Origin: Octopus sinensis
Lineage: Eukaryota
Assembly: GCF_006345805.1 (NCBI RefSeq)
Contig: NC_043013.1
Location: 15,624,001-15,688,000, forward strand
Direction of reading: 5' to 3'
Length of the DNA stretch: 64,000 nucleotides
In this document: piece by piece, positions 63,560-64,000 of the stretch
How positions within the stretch are numbered: the stretch's first letter is position 1
Layout: each line of letters starts with the position of its first letter
Notes under the pieces: generated by a model
What the model was told of the DNA's origin: nothing
The model's database searches: none
What the model saw: only the letters and a program-made list of their open reading frames with translations
Translations under genes and position numbers: made by a program

Positions 63560-63800
63560 TACCGTAAGGACTCGAGAGTGACGACTCTACTGTAAGGACT
63601 CAACAGTAAGGACTCTACTGAAAGTCTCTACATTAGGGGCTCGACAGTAAAGACTAAGTGTCAGCGGGTAAGAGCAAGACTCTAGTGAAAGGTCTTGGTT
63701 GTAAGGATTTAACCGAAAGGCTATCATACAAGTTCAGCCAAAGGGGTTTTAACGTAAGAGCTCCACTGTAAGGACTCGGCTAAAGGGGTTCTATTGAAAA
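63560..63800. repeat. Degenerate 14-bp minisatellite (ACTGTAAGGACTCT-like)
   Basis: Repeated (C)GTAAGGACTC at 14-nt spacing that decays 3'. Confidence 0.75.
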
Positions 63801-64000
63801 AGAAAACATCACCAGTTTGAACTTCTATTTTTTCTATTTAGTTGTTATTGATGTTGTTGGTGCTCTTGTTACTCAAGACTACATTGTCTATTATATGCTT
63901 TTCCTAAGACAAACGCCTGAGCTTTAAGGGAGGTTCGACTGCTATTTCTGGAAGGTGGAGCAACCGCACAGAAGCTCTGTTGTTGGCTGATAGTAGTGCA

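Overview
AT-rich, microsatellite-dense animal genomic DNA, most likely from Octopus (inferred from the tRNA-derived SINE families, Chapaev/Penelope/Dong content and microsatellite load; not database-confirmed). I reconstructed one complete protein-coding gene by hand, on the minus strand: a secreted GH18 chitinase. It has 10 coding exons from ATG at 40046 to TAG at 783, all GT-AG introns with consistent phases, and a 2127-nt CDS giving 708 aa: signal peptide, GH18 domain with intact [11 protein letters not shown] (DxxDxDxE), a ~250-aa Ser/Thr/Glu/Lys-rich linker and a C-terminal six-Cys CBM14. The introns and upstream region contain decayed mariners, a Chapaev3-like transposon, Helitron/Helentron pieces, CR1/L2, RTE and R4/Dong LINE fragments, Penelope-like elements (PLEs) and dozens of SINEs. 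The most notable observations are: (i) several PLE-derived minimal hammerhead ribozymes, with an apparently intact U3-A8 variant antisense to the gene while every copy seen on the chitinase sense strand has a damaged core; (ii) a ~420-bp near-perfect inverted repeat and an inverted mariner pair that could form long dsRNA in the pre-mRNA; (iii) an ~860-bp interstitial (TTAGGG)n array bounded by rolling-circle-transposon-like termini; (iv) two adjacent unexplained degenerate tandem arrays in intron 8; and (v) an apparent disulfide swap in the chitinase insertion domain.
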